Part shown: in pieces, positions 1 to 8,749 of the stretch | Layout: each line of letters begins with the position of its first letter | Position numbering within the stretch: position 1 is the first letter of the stretch | Origin: a virus | DNA: 27,935 bases | Direction: 5' to 3' (one strand) | UHGV virus genome: UHGV-2167857 | The notes under the pieces: model-generated | The model's input: only the letters and a program-made list of their open reading frames with translations | What the model was told of the DNA's origin: nothing | Database searches by the model: none | Position numbers and translations under genes: made by a program

Positions 1-338
1 TTTTGATACCGTTAATCAGACCGTCGATAAGATGGCCACCGAAGTCGGTGAACTTTGCCGGCAGAGCAACGCCGAAATATTTCAGCGCAGCCGCAAAGGC
101 TTTATAGAGCAGGCCTGCCGGCGACCAGTTAATCAGCAACTTACCAATTCCCACAATGCCGCCGTTAAAGGCTTCCTGAATGTCAGCCCAGCGCTGTTTA
201 AACCAGCTACTGATGCTGTCACCCATTCCGGTTACACTGGATTTGAGCGACCCCCATTTGCTTTTGATACCGTTAATCAGACCGTCGATAAGATGGCCAC
301 CGAAGTCGGTGAACTTTGCCGGCAGAGCAACGCCGAAA
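1..338. repeat. Exact 77-bp direct repeat (1-77 and 262-338), 261 bp apart, inside the tape measure gene
   Basis: Positions 1-77 are identical to 262-338 by direct comparison; the spacing is a multiple of 3; the second copy abuts the N-run. Confidence 0.9.
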
Positions 339-2128
339 NNNNNNNNNNTCGCGACAGCGGTGATAACGAGACCGATGGGATTCATCATCAGCGCTCGCCC
401 AATCCAGAGAACGGCACGTGCAGCGCTCATAAAACCGCGAACGAGGCTGCCCGCCAGAACTTTGCTGAGTTTCAGTCCTCCGCTGGTCAGTCGGCTGAAT
501 CCAGTGACAAGCCAGCGTAATTTGCCACCTTCTCCGAGTGCGGTAGTCAGTCGATGCCAGTTGGTCCGGAGTAAAACAGCAGTTTTCCAGACGTTCACAA
601 AGGGGGAAATAAGGAGATTCAGCCCCAGTTTGAGACCAACAGTCGCTATCTTAATCGCAAGGAGCGCACTGATGAGCTTAAAAGCCCCACTGACAAATTG
701 CGGGTGAGTCGCTACCCAGTGTTTTGTCCCCTGAATGAGTGGGAGCAGTTCCTGAGTCAGAGAAATAAAAGATGGAGCTAATTGATCGCCCAGCGTAATT
801 GCCAGATCGCGACTGCTGACCATAAGTGTTTTAGTGGCTTCAAGGGGAGATTTCAGCCGCTGATCATAAGCACTGGCAAGCAAATCGTTATCCGCAGCCC
901 TGAGAGCACCGGCACGGATCTCTCGATATCTGTCCATGTTGGCCAGCATCGGGCGGATAAATGCCATGACCTGCATATCCGCGAACATATCGCCCAGACC
1001 AAAGTTTTTCGCCAGAGCCTGAAGTGCCTCATCTCTTGCCGTATCATTCTTTATTTTCATGGCTGATTTGAAGCCGGCCAGCGCTTCGGGGCTTTTGGCA
1101 TTGAGGTAACGTTCTATAACACTCAACATCCCTTCAATCGGAGAGATCCCCGCAGCTTTATAACTCGCAATAGATCCCTGCAAATCAATACCCAGATCAG
1201 CAAACTGTTTCTGAGTATCGCGGGCAAAAATTTTGGTAAGAAAGTTTTTAAAATTATTGGCTGCTTCGTCGGTGGAACCTGCACCGATTTTTGCTATCTG
1301 GAGACTGGCCCCGATTTCAGCAACAGCCTCTTTTCCACTGGCAATACCCGCCATCATTGGGGCCAGGGACTGCATCCACTTGACCTGATCCGGGATTTCA
1401 AATGACCCCTGGTCACCGGCATAAGCCATAATATTCTGAACGGCACCAAAATCTCTGGCCGCGCCTTTCAGGGAGTTTTGCCAGACTGCGGCCACTTTTG
1501 CCCAGTCCTGAGCAGACGTGCGTGTTGCCGTTGCCGCGCGGGCAATATCCGGCATCAGAAAACCGATATCTGACACATTATCAATATTGTCGCTGATGAG
1601 TGAACCCACCGCCTCCTGCAGCTCATCCTGATACTGATTGTATTTAAGCGCCCAGCCTTTTATCTGTCCGGCAAGTGCATCCCGCGTTTTATTGTCATAT
1701 TTTGCGGTGATCGACATATCAATCATTTTGTCCTGAAAAGACATGGACTGCTGAACGGCAGGGGAAACCGTATGATAAACAGTCTGTGCCATGCCATACG
1801 CTTCAATCCCCTGACCATACAGCGCCATGCGGTTAGCTTTCAGCGCATCACTGGTAGCGGATGCCGCTGACAGACGGCGCTGCTGGCGCTCAATTTGCTC
1901 CATGGTGCGGCTTACCCGCAGCAGCTCGCTGTTGAGATGCTGCATCCGGGAAGAACCCAGTTGACCATAACGTTCTGTTGCACGGGTTAAAGCGTTCTGA
2001 CGTTCCTGCAGGCGGCGTGAGGTATCGCTCAGGGAATCAAGCGCACGGCGGGTACCGCTCATTGCAGAACGGAATGTGCTGCCAATCATCCCGCCGATAA
2101 CAACGCCGACTGAAAACTGTCCCGACAT
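1..2128 (-). CDS. Tail tape measure protein (partial; 3' end of gene beyond window start)
   Basis: Minus-strand frame opens at ATG 2128..2126 with GGAGG about 9 nt upstream. I checked the frame codon by codon and found no stop down to position 1; it stays in frame across the 10-N run. Sits after the tail chaperone in sheath-tube-chaperone-TMP order. Absent from the ORF track because it has no stop in the window. Confidence 0.75.
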   Translation of the reverse strand, partial: MSGQFSVGVVIGGMIGSTFRSAMSGTRRALDSLSDTSRRLQERQNALTRATERYGQLGSSRMQHLNSELLRVSRTMEQIERQQRRLSAASATSDALKANRMALYGQGIEAYGMAQTVYHTVSPAVQQSMSFQDKMIDMSITAKYDNKTRDALAGQIKGWALKYNQYQDELQEAVGSLISDNIDNVSDIGFLMPDIARAATATRTSAQDWAKVAAVWQNSLKGAARDFGAVQNIMAYAGDQGSFEIPDQVKWMQSLAPMMAGIASGKEAVAEIGASLQIAKIGAGSTDEAANNFKNFLTKIFARDTQKQFADLGIDLQGSIASYKAAGISPIEGMLSVIERYLNAKSPEALAGFKSAMKIKNDTARDEALQALAKNFGLGDMFADMQVMAFIRPMLANMDRYREIRAGALRAADNDLLASAYDQRLKSPLEATKTLMVSSRDLAITLGDQLAPSFISLTQELLPLIQGTKHWVATHPQFVSGAFKLISALLAIKIATVGLKLGLNLLISPFVNVWKTAVLLRTNWHRLTTALGEGGKLRWLVTGFSRLTSGGLKLSKVLAGSLVRGFMSAARAVLWIGRALMMNPIGLVITAVAXXXXFGVALPAKFTDFGGHLIDGLINGIKSKWGSLKSSVTGMGDSISSWFKQRWADIQEAFNGGIVGIGKLLINWSPAGLLYKAFAAALKYFGVALPAKFTDFGGHLIDGLINGIK
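339..348. other. Run of 10 ambiguous bases (assembly gap or masked bases)
   Basis: Literal nnnnnnnnnn in the sequence. Confidence 1.
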
Positions 2129-2203
2129 AGTGGTTAACCTCCGGGGAAGGTGAAAAGACGTGAGGGGATAACGCAGAACAGCCGCTACTGGCGGCTGTCT
2201 GTA

Positions 2204-2461
2204 CTATGATTTGTCGCCGTACTCGCTTTTGATTTGCTCTTCAGCCTGCTCCAGCCACATCTCCAGATCGTCAGTATCGAGGGCATCAATCTCCCCCGGC
2301 TGAAACCGGAACCATCTCGCCAGCAGCCCCTGCGCCTGCGTCAGCGCCCTGGTTGCTCTCACCCATCCCCGTGATGAGCTGAAATCGTTTCTGTAACTGC
2401 AGGTAATCAGCCAGATCCATATTGTCGAGATCTTCCGGGAGAAGACCAGTACTGCGGGCAA
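2204..2461 (-). CDS. Overlapping-frame extension ORF of the tail chaperone (candidate programmed frameshift product)
   Basis: Second open frame overlaps the 3' 58 codons of the chaperone ORF and extends 27 codons past its stop, ending just before the tape measure start. A G5 run (plus-strand C5 at 2293-2297) lies in the overlap. The frame relation is +1/-2, not the classic -1. Confidence 0.4.
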   Translation of the reverse strand: MPAVLVFSRKISTIWIWLITCSYRNDFSSSRGWVRATRALTQAQGLLARWFRFQPGEIDALDTDDLEMWLEQAEEQIKSEYGDKS

Positions 2462-2621
2462 TCAGCGGTTCGTCCCAGTCTGCCGGGTTTTTGCTGATTT
2501 TGCGCACCTGCTTCAGGTCTTTTACCGTCAGGCGTTTCAGTTCAACCAGCTCAATTCTGGTGCCTGCAGCAGTGGTGAAGGGATAAGACAATTTAAAAGT
2601 ATCGGATGGGGTCTGTGACAT
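2286..2621 (-). CDS. Putative tail assembly chaperone (P2 gpE-like position)
   Basis: 111-aa ORF between the tail tube and tape measure genes, with an acidic, Gly/Ala-rich C-terminus; overlapped by a second frame as in frameshifted tail chaperones. Call is by position and architecture only. Confidence 0.55.
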   Translation of the reverse strand: MSQTPSDTFKLSYPFTTAAGTRIELVELKRLTVKDLKQVRKISKNPADWDEPLIARSTGLLPEDLDNMDLADYLQLQKRFQLITGMGESNQGADAGAGAAGEMVPVSAGGD

Positions 2622-2718
2622 GATTGTGCTCCTGTGTAAGTTCAGGGCAGTATGTCGGGAGAAGCGCGTGACGGATATTAAAGGAGATTAAGAAGAAGGG
2701 GCCGGAGCCCCTGTGATG

Positions 2719-3000
2719 TCAGCAAGTGCGAAACCCCTTGCAGTTACGCAGGAAAGCGATGAGAAGCGTCTTTCCCTCAGATTTGCCGATGCCGGAGAAC
2801 CAGTGGTCGGGAGGCTCCCATGCTTCAATCAAATCCGCCAGTTTGCGGGCCTTTGAACGTGTGCAGTCAATCGGGTCATTGGTTTTACGGGTATTAAAAA
2901 GGGTTTCCACCCCCGGAATATCAAGGAGGGTAAACCACGTACCATTTGACATGCCCAGTGCCGCACATCGTCCTCCTTTATCCGTCAGTTCAACACTCAC
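2719..3000 (-). CDS. Hypothetical small tail-module protein
   Basis: ORF between tail tube and chaperone on the late strand; AAGGAGGA precedes an internal ATG (about 2952). True start uncertain, no recognisable motif. Confidence 0.35.
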   Translation of the reverse strand: MSVELTDKGGRCAALGMSNGTWFTLLDIPGVETLFNTRKTNDPIDCTRSKARKLADLIEAWEPPDHWFSGIGKSEGKTLLIAFLRNCKGFRTC

Positions 3001-3002
3001 CG

Positions 3003-3524
3003 TCAGCCCCCGATATTGATACGGTAGTCAGTCAGTTGATCAACACCGCCGACCCGGAAGATGTTGGCCAGATAGTCCAGTTGCAGCAGCTCTTCACCAT
3101 CCAGTACCTGTCTGATATACGTGCAGGTGAAGCTACTGGAGAACTCGGCGTTCTCGTGCTGTTTGAACGTCCCCAGCGGGTTCTTCTTGAACATAATCGT
3201 CAGGAAGGTGACCAGCGGGATTTCGTCAATCAGCCCCTGCGAGCTGTAGCGCTGGACGCTGGAACGACACTGCAGTGCCAGCGACCTGTACGGGTTCGCG
3301 GCAGACAGCATCGCATCGCGGTAAAAGCTGTTCCATTTGATTTCGCCTTCCAGCTTGTCAAAACCAGCCGGGAGTTCCACCTTACCCACCATCCCCAGCG
3401 CCTTGTGTTCCTGCATAATCATGGAGACATCGGGGAGTTTAACTTCCTCAGCCCGTCCCAGCAGGTTAGTACCATCCAGATAGATGTTGGCATTCGTGAT
3501 GCGGTTTATCTCAATCTTTGACAT
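3003..3524 (-). CDS. Tail tube protein (P2 FII-like)
   Basis: 173 aa. N-terminal NIYLDGTNLLGRAEEVKLPD resembles the P2 FII tube N-terminus as I recall it; directly downstream of the sheath gene. Confidence 0.75.
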   Translation of the reverse strand: MSKIEINRITNANIYLDGTNLLGRAEEVKLPDVSMIMQEHKALGMVGKVELPAGFDKLEGEIKWNSFYRDAMLSAANPYRSLALQCRSSVQRYSSQGLIDEIPLVTFLTIMFKKNPLGTFKQHENAEFSSSFTCTYIRQVLDGEELLQLDYLANIFRVGGVDQLTDYRINIGG

Positions 3525-4951
3525 CAGTTGCCCCCTTTCAGGGTTAACAGGTATTCCGAGGTGATCTCAGTCTCAAACGTCAGTCGCTCCAGCGGCGGTG
3601 GTGGCGTATATTTGTAGCTCAGCAACAGGTGCCCGGCGGCCAGCTCCGTCTCCGGATTGCGGGCCGGATCAAACCAGCAACGGAAGCCCAGTACCGCACC
3701 ATCACCAGTCATTTTGCGACCGTAGGCGTTGACCGACTCCGTCAGTGCATCAATCAGCGCCTGAGTAATCGGCATGTCGATGTACTGCTGGCTGAAATAA
3801 CGAATGGACTCGTTGATCACATCACCGGTGCGGCGAACGTTCTCAAAGTTACGCATATGGGTGACCGTTGGCCATGCTGCCGTCCGGTTACCCCACAGAC
3901 GAAGGCCGCTGCCGTAACTGCTGAATACCGTGGTGATCCCCTGTTCGTTAAGCAGGTTCACCTCACTCTGCGGGTCATCAATCATCGCGGACAGCTGGCG
4001 CTCCACGCCGGTGATCCCCAGAATCTCCTGATTGGAGGATGACCACCAGTAGCCCTTGTCCAGATCGACTCTGGCACGCAGACCTGCTGCACGCTGGCTG
4101 AGCGGCTCCAGACGCTCTGTGTTTGTCACCGGGTCATATACCTTCACATGCGGATAGCACAGACGGACGCGGTCGGAGCTGGTATTGAAGTTGATGGTGC
4201 CTTCCGGGCCACGACCTGCCAGAGCCTGTGCAAAGGTGGTACCGACAGGCGCATCAATGTAGGTTACCGCGCCCAGCTTCTCTGCCATGGCGATAAGCTC
4301 AACTGCGACACTCTTCTGGGTGCAGAACACCGGCGCAATCAGAATTTTGGCGAAATAGCCGTACAGGTTGAAGCTGTCGTTAAGCAGCTTCATGCCGGTT
4401 CGGTTTCCGGCGCTGTTCACCCCGCCGATGATGTCCGCCGCAGTCACCTTCGACGGGTCCGCGTACTCATAGCTCACCTTCACGCTGCCACCGGCCTCAA
4501 TAGCCTTGCCCAGGTTCGTGAGCACACCCGCCTGCGCATCAACACGGTAGTCCGTGTTCGCCGTGTGGGTGGTGCTGCCTTCACTGTTTTTCACCACCAC
4601 ATTAGCGACAACCGGATGCGCCAGTCTGGCCTGCCCTGTCGATTTGTCAAAGGTAACCACCTCATCCTCGATCGCCGTTTTATGTTTCGCCGGGTCGAGG
4701 ACGTTAATGACCAGAACGGTGCCTGCACCATGGTCATAAATCGCATCCAGCGCCTGCGGAATGGTAAAGCCGGTGAACTGGCTGCCAAATGCCGCTGCGT
4801 CTTTCTCAGACAGGCACTGTACCAGCGTATTGACATCCCCCATCGGGGCGGTACCAATCAGGCCAATAACGGCAGATTTCACCGTTTTAACCGGGCGGGC
4901 TCCGTTTTCCACCTCAATGGTTTCGGGACCATGCAGATAGTTAGCTGCCAT
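3524..4951 (-). CDS. Contractile tail sheath protein
   Basis: 475-aa ORF immediately upstream of the tube gene; size and position typical of Mu L / P2 FI sheath proteins. Confidence 0.8.
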   Translation of the reverse strand: MAANYLHGPETIEVENGARPVKTVKSAVIGLIGTAPMGDVNTLVQCLSEKDAAAFGSQFTGFTIPQALDAIYDHGAGTVLVINVLDPAKHKTAIEDEVVTFDKSTGQARLAHPVVANVVVKNSEGSTTHTANTDYRVDAQAGVLTNLGKAIEAGGSVKVSYEYADPSKVTAADIIGGVNSAGNRTGMKLLNDSFNLYGYFAKILIAPVFCTQKSVAVELIAMAEKLGAVTYIDAPVGTTFAQALAGRGPEGTINFNTSSDRVRLCYPHVKVYDPVTNTERLEPLSQRAAGLRARVDLDKGYWWSSSNQEILGITGVERQLSAMIDDPQSEVNLLNEQGITTVFSSYGSGLRLWGNRTAAWPTVTHMRNFENVRRTGDVINESIRYFSQQYIDMPITQALIDALTESVNAYGRKMTGDGAVLGFRCWFDPARNPETELAAGHLLLSYKYTPPPPLERLTFETEITSEYLLTLKGGN

Positions 4952-5195
4952 GGGCGTCCTCCGTTTTCACTTCGCTGTCACTGCTGCTTCTGCGCTTTGG
5001 TGACTGCACAGCCGGTGTGACGGCGGGTTTAGTATCTTCTGGTACCGGCGTCAGATGCTTCAGCGCCACCAGTACCTTCACGTAGTCATGCTCCTCCGGC
5101 AGGGAAACCGTCTTCCCCGGCCAGAGCAGGATTTCGGTTCCGTCCGACAGCGTGACGCCGCTGGCCGGGCCGGAATAGCGGTATTCTTTCATCAC
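4941..5195 (-). CDS. Hypothetical protein (Mu gp38-like position)
   Basis: 84-aa ORF overlapping the sheath start and the upstream gene stop; conserved position in Mu-like late operons. Confidence 0.4.
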   Translation of the reverse strand: MMKEYRYSGPASGVTLSDGTEILLWPGKTVSLPEEHDYVKVLVALKHLTPVPEDTKPAVTPAVQSPKRRSSSDSEVKTEDAHGS

Positions 5196-5656
5196 TCGCT
5201 TTCCTCATAGTTCACTTCGGTTAACAGCGGGCCGGACGGTAAATCGCTGTCTTCGATAAAGATGCTTTCAGTCGCGAAGTCGAGGGCGTATTGCCACAGC
5301 CCCCTGACTTCACCGATAAACACCTCGCGGGTCAGCCAGATACGGCAGCGGCACCCGGGCGGGGTGTGGCCACCGAGAATGCGGCGGACAGCATCCAGGA
5401 CATTAATCGCCCCTTTTTTACCGTTGAGCTGGCGGAAGACCACCGTGACGCAGAGCTGGATAGTCTGAGACTGGATCACCGCACCGGTATCATCCGGCCT
5501 GTCAAAGCGCGAACCGGCATAGCTCAGCAGCAACGCGCCAACCGGATGGTTCAGGCGATATTCAGCCGGTTTCTCCGGGAAGTACTCCACCTGCAGTTGC
5601 GGCAGCTTCTCGCGTAACCGGGCCAGCACCGCATCAAGGACGGGCAGAACGTTCAT
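5192..5656 (-). CDS. Mu gp37-like virion protein (DUF1834-like)
   Basis: 154-aa ORF with overlapping start/stop coupling; assigned by position between head and tail modules. Confidence 0.55.
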   Translation of the reverse strand: MNVLPVLDAVLARLREKLPQLQVEYFPEKPAEYRLNHPVGALLLSYAGSRFDRPDDTGAVIQSQTIQLCVTVVFRQLNGKKGAINVLDAVRRILGGHTPPGCRCRIWLTREVFIGEVRGLWQYALDFATESIFIEDSDLPSGPLLTEVNYEESE

Positions 5657-6102
5657 CAGTATTTCTCCAGTAAACCGTCACGACCGCCGAAAGTGGCCGG
5701 GCGACTGCGTACACGAAACTCGCCAGGCTCAGGCACATCTTTCTGAGTGGACGGCAGCCCCAGCGTGAGCCTGTTATCACGTAACTCCCTGAGTTGCCGC
5801 AGCGCTTCTTTGTGGTCATCCTTCACCGTATCCGGGAGGTCACCTTCCGGGCGGCGGGCGTAGAGCCGGTAACGGACCAGCGTGATGGCAATGTCCCGCA
5901 GAACAGTCGGTATCTCTGCCAGTGGCAGGATATAGCGTCCGCGCAGATGGGCATCAATCAGCTCGTCGGCATAGCGGATACAGCTGTCCACCACACGGGT
6001 ATTCACTGTTGCAGGCGAGTCGAAGTCCATCTCTTCACTGGTGAGTTCGATAAGCGTCCGCTCCGGCACCTGCGCAAGCAAATCCTCCAGGGTGCAGTAC
6101 AT
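5656..6102 (-). CDS. Mu gp36-like virion protein (DUF1320-like)
   Basis: The track ORF begins at an upstream TTG that overlaps the preceding gene. I place the start at ATG 6102, directly after the upstream stop at 6104-6106. Confidence 0.55.
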   Translation of the reverse strand: MYCTLEDLLAQVPERTLIELTSEEMDFDSPATVNTRVVDSCIRYADELIDAHLRGRYILPLAEIPTVLRDIAITLVRYRLYARRPEGDLPDTVKDDHKEALRQLRELRDNRLTLGLPSTQKDVPEPGEFRVRSRPATFGGRDGLLEKY

Positions 6103-6103
6103 G

Positions 6104-6442
6104 TCACACCCCGCGCAGGATACGAATGACGTCGCCTTCACCCCCGGCTTCATCAAGTGCAATACCACAGGATTTACCGTCGCCGGACTGCGGCACGGCT
6201 CTGGCCTGAGCATCTGACTGAACAGCCACACCACGGCTGACAGCGGCCCCGGCCTCGACAGCAATAATGCCCAGAACGCTCACCGGCGTGCTGTCGCCGG
6301 TAACAGCATCCACTTCGGCAACCCCGAGCGCTGCGGCACCGGCTTTACAGGGGGTATTATCTGCCCCGACAAAACGCTGCTGTGCCAGTGCTGCCCCTGC
6401 CGTTACGGTTGTGATCAGAATGACCTGCTGAGTGGTTCCCAT
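6104..6442 (-). CDS. Small Gly/Ala-rich protein, possibly capsid-associated
   Basis: 112-aa ORF with strong SD (AGGAGG) directly after the major head gene stop; very Ala/Gly/Val-rich. Decoration-protein role is positional inference. Confidence 0.5.
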   Translation of the reverse strand: MGTTQQVILITTVTAGAALAQQRFVGADNTPCKAGAAALGVAEVDAVTGDSTPVSVLGIIAVEAGAAVSRGVAVQSDAQARAVPQSGDGKSCGIALDEAGGEGDVIRILRGV

Positions 6443-6451
6443 AACGCCTCC

Positions 6452-7405
6452 TTATTTACTGATACCGGTAATGAGATACCCGGCATCGCCACCAACCACG
6501 GCGACTTTGTAGATATCGGTATAACGGCAGTACTTCACCTTGCCACCGGCTCCGTCGTATTTGTCGGCAACAGGCATCCCCTTACGACGCAGGGTGTAGC
6601 CGAAGGACGGCTCGTTCTCGTCCGCGCTGTCCGCCCCCGGCTGCGGTTTGCCGACATAGTGCAGCATCAGATTGTCTCCCCAGATATCCGCCGGCACGCT
6701 GTTCTTATCCATTGCCGCTTTCATGGACGGCAGGGAGACTGGGGCACCGATGACGATCTCTTCGATCTGAAAGAGGTCCTGCAGGATTTCTGTGGTGATG
6801 CGCTTGCGTTCGTTGGCTCCGATGGCGGCCTGAATCGCCGGGTGGAACTTCAGCAGCGCCATCACGCCGGCCCCCATGGTCATCAGGTTAGGACGCAGCC
6901 CCGTGGCCGTACGGACCGCTTCCATACCGGCTTCAATCACCCCGATGGGGTCCCCCTTACCACCGGCCCAGCGATCACTGGCTGTCAGTTTTTTGACGTG
7001 CCCGGTACGGTAGACCTTTTCATCCTGAGCCAGACGGGCAGCGATAAGTTCACGGCGCAGGTTCACGCCATTCGTGGCGCGACGGATGGCCTTGCTCTCT
7101 TCGTTAAACATGGACTCCGCCTGCTCGCGATAGTCCACCGGCGCAGCCAGATCGTGTTCACCCAGCACCAGGTCCAGCGTGCCTGTTTTTTCACGGACCA
7201 GAACATTGCTGTCCGCCCCGACGGCACGCTCGGTGTCATATTCCACAAAGGCGGTTTTCCCGAAGGTCGGTACACGCACGCCTTCCTTGTCCGTCAGCAC
7301 GACGGGGAAAATACGTTCGCCGATGAATGCGGCATTTTTATAGCCACGGGCGATACTGGTCAGTACCGGATCAACGACACGTTTACCTTTTAAGTAATCA
7401 GACAT
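6452..7405 (-). CDS. Major head subunit (Mu T-like)
   Basis: 317-aa ORF directly downstream of the I protease/scaffold gene; size and position match Mu T. Confidence 0.8.
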   Translation of the reverse strand: MSDYLKGKRVVDPVLTSIARGYKNAAFIGERIFPVVLTDKEGVRVPTFGKTAFVEYDTERAVGADSNVLVREKTGTLDLVLGEHDLAAPVDYREQAESMFNEESKAIRRATNGVNLRRELIAARLAQDEKVYRTGHVKKLTASDRWAGGKGDPIGVIEAGMEAVRTATGLRPNLMTMGAGVMALLKFHPAIQAAIGANERKRITTEILQDLFQIEEIVIGAPVSLPSMKAAMDKNSVPADIWGDNLMLHYVGKPQPGADSADENEPSFGYTLRRKGMPVADKYDGAGGKVKYCRYTDIYKVAVVGGDAGYLITGISK

Positions 7406-7419
7406 GCTCTCTCCTTAAA

Positions 7420-8535
7420 TTACAGGCAGCGTGCGACAGCAGCCTCATAGCTGATGCCTTCTTTTTTGGACAGGGCCACTGCTTTCTGATGCAGGGCCAG
7501 ACGCTCAGGATCGGCTTCCGCAAACTCTGCCACATCCACCTTCACCGTGTCGCCGACACGCTCTTTTGTGGCCTGTTCGGCGAAATTCATCACCGGCTCC
7601 CCGTCGGAGAGCAATGAACGAAAGGCGGTGGCCAGCGGTGTGCGGCTTTCCCCCTCAGCAAACTCCACCGGCTTGTCGCCACCGGCGACGGCATCCAGCA
7701 GGGCAACCACCACGGAGGAGGCGCGGGGAGCCAGACGGCCCTCTGCGACCAGTTTTTCTGCAAAGGCCACATTGTCCTTATGCAGTTGCTCCTGTCTGAC
7801 CTGTGCATCACGCGCATCGCGATCAGCAGCCTGCTGCTTCAGGCGGCGGTTCTCCTCCTGAAGGGTTTCAATCTCTTCTTTTGTCATCGATGATTCCTCG
7901 TTACTTGCGGAAGACGGCCCCGGGCCTGTCTCACTGAATTGTGCACCTGCTGCATCCTGCGACAGTGTGTCGCGGTACGCCTCTTCGCGCAGACTGTTGA
8001 GCTGCCATTCCGGCAGGACTTTTTCTGCCTCGTCCAGACTGAAGCGGGCGATCAGAAAATCGCGCAGCTTTCCCCACAGGGAGGCATTCGTGATGGCCTG
8101 CCAGTCGGCGAACTCCACCACACCTTCTTCCTGCTCACTGAAGGACACCTGTTTCAGCCCCTTGATGGAAGGTGGCTGTGCCCCGAGAAAGCCCACATGG
8201 CGAAGGTAGAGCACGCCGGGCTTCGGATTGGACGGTGAATCCGGGAGGTAGAAAGAGGCGGACACTTTTTTGAATCGTCCGTCGGTGACCATCTCAGCAA
8301 ACTGCGGGTCCAGCTGGGCAGGCTCTGCCATCAGATCGACGCCGCTGAGCGACAGGGCTTTCACCCAGCCCCACGCCGGGTCTTCCGTTCTGGGATGACC
8401 AATCACGAGTGGTGCTTCATGGACGGACGGGTCATAGGCTTTCACGCAGGCGGCAAGATCGTCTGGCGTGAACGGCAGTTTTTTGCCGTGCATATCGGTA
8501 TGAGTACCGGCTTTAAAAATGTGAATGGCTGACAT
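7420..8535 (-). CDS. Head maturation protease/scaffold (Mu I-like; nested Z-type scaffold possible)
   Basis: 371 aa with a Glu/Ala-rich coiled-coil C-terminal half, immediately upstream of the major head gene. Confidence 0.75.
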   Translation of the reverse strand: MSAIHIFKAGTHTDMHGKKLPFTPDDLAACVKAYDPSVHEAPLVIGHPRTEDPAWGWVKALSLSGVDLMAEPAQLDPQFAEMVTDGRFKKVSASFYLPDSPSNPKPGVLYLRHVGFLGAQPPSIKGLKQVSFSEQEEGVVEFADWQAITNASLWGKLRDFLIARFSLDEAEKVLPEWQLNSLREEAYRDTLSQDAAGAQFSETGPGPSSASNEESSMTKEEIETLQEENRRLKQQAADRDARDAQVRQEQLHKDNVAFAEKLVAEGRLAPRASSVVVALLDAVAGGDKPVEFAEGESRTPLATAFRSLLSDGEPVMNFAEQATKERVGDTVKVDVAEFAEADPERLALHQKAVALSKKEGISYEAAVARCL

Positions 8536-8660
8536 TTTGCTGTCCCGCGTTATGTTGTCGGAGACAGTTTGTGAGAAATGCAGGCCCGGCGATTTTAATC
8601 TGCTTTAGAAAACATCAGGGGAGAAGGACAGGGAAAGCAATGCGGTGAACCGGAGGCGGT

Positions 8661-8706
8661 TATAAAACAGAGGCTGTAAAGCCTTTATAAAGGTAATACA
8701 GCCCCT
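8661..8706 (-). terminator. Terminator-like hairpin downstream of gene G
   Basis: On the minus strand: 10-bp stem (AGGGGCUGUA / UACAGCCUCU, one G-U) around an 18-nt loop containing the perfect palindrome CCTTTATAAAGG, followed by UGUUUUAU. Confidence 0.4.
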
Positions 8707-8749
8707 CATTCTCTGGCAATGATAAATCACCCGCCTGAAGAGAGAAAAC

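Noticed and set aside
1-338. The 77-bp direct repeat as a CRISPR array or transposon terminal repeat
   Set aside because: Only two copies, 261 bp apart, inside a continuous reading frame and next to an N-run; no repeat-spacer periodicity. Duplication or assembly artefact is more likely.
32-1066. Plus-strand ORFs 32..520, 180..707, 782..1066 and minus 853..1047 from the ORF track
   Set aside because: They lie antisense to or out of frame with the long tape measure reading frame that is open across the whole region; typical spurious ORFs in GC-rich coding DNA.
4148-5020. 290-aa plus-strand ORF
   Set aside because: Antisense to the tail sheath gene; Arg/His-rich composition typical of a reverse-strand artefact.
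6659-7393. 244-aa plus-strand ORF
   Set aside because: Antisense to the major head gene, which fits the late operon with coupled neighbours.
8600-8710. 34-codon minus-strand ORF inside the G-I gap as a possible tiny anti-CRISPR-like gene
   Set aside because: It spans the hairpin and palindrome, has no SD and is too short to support; treated as non-coding.
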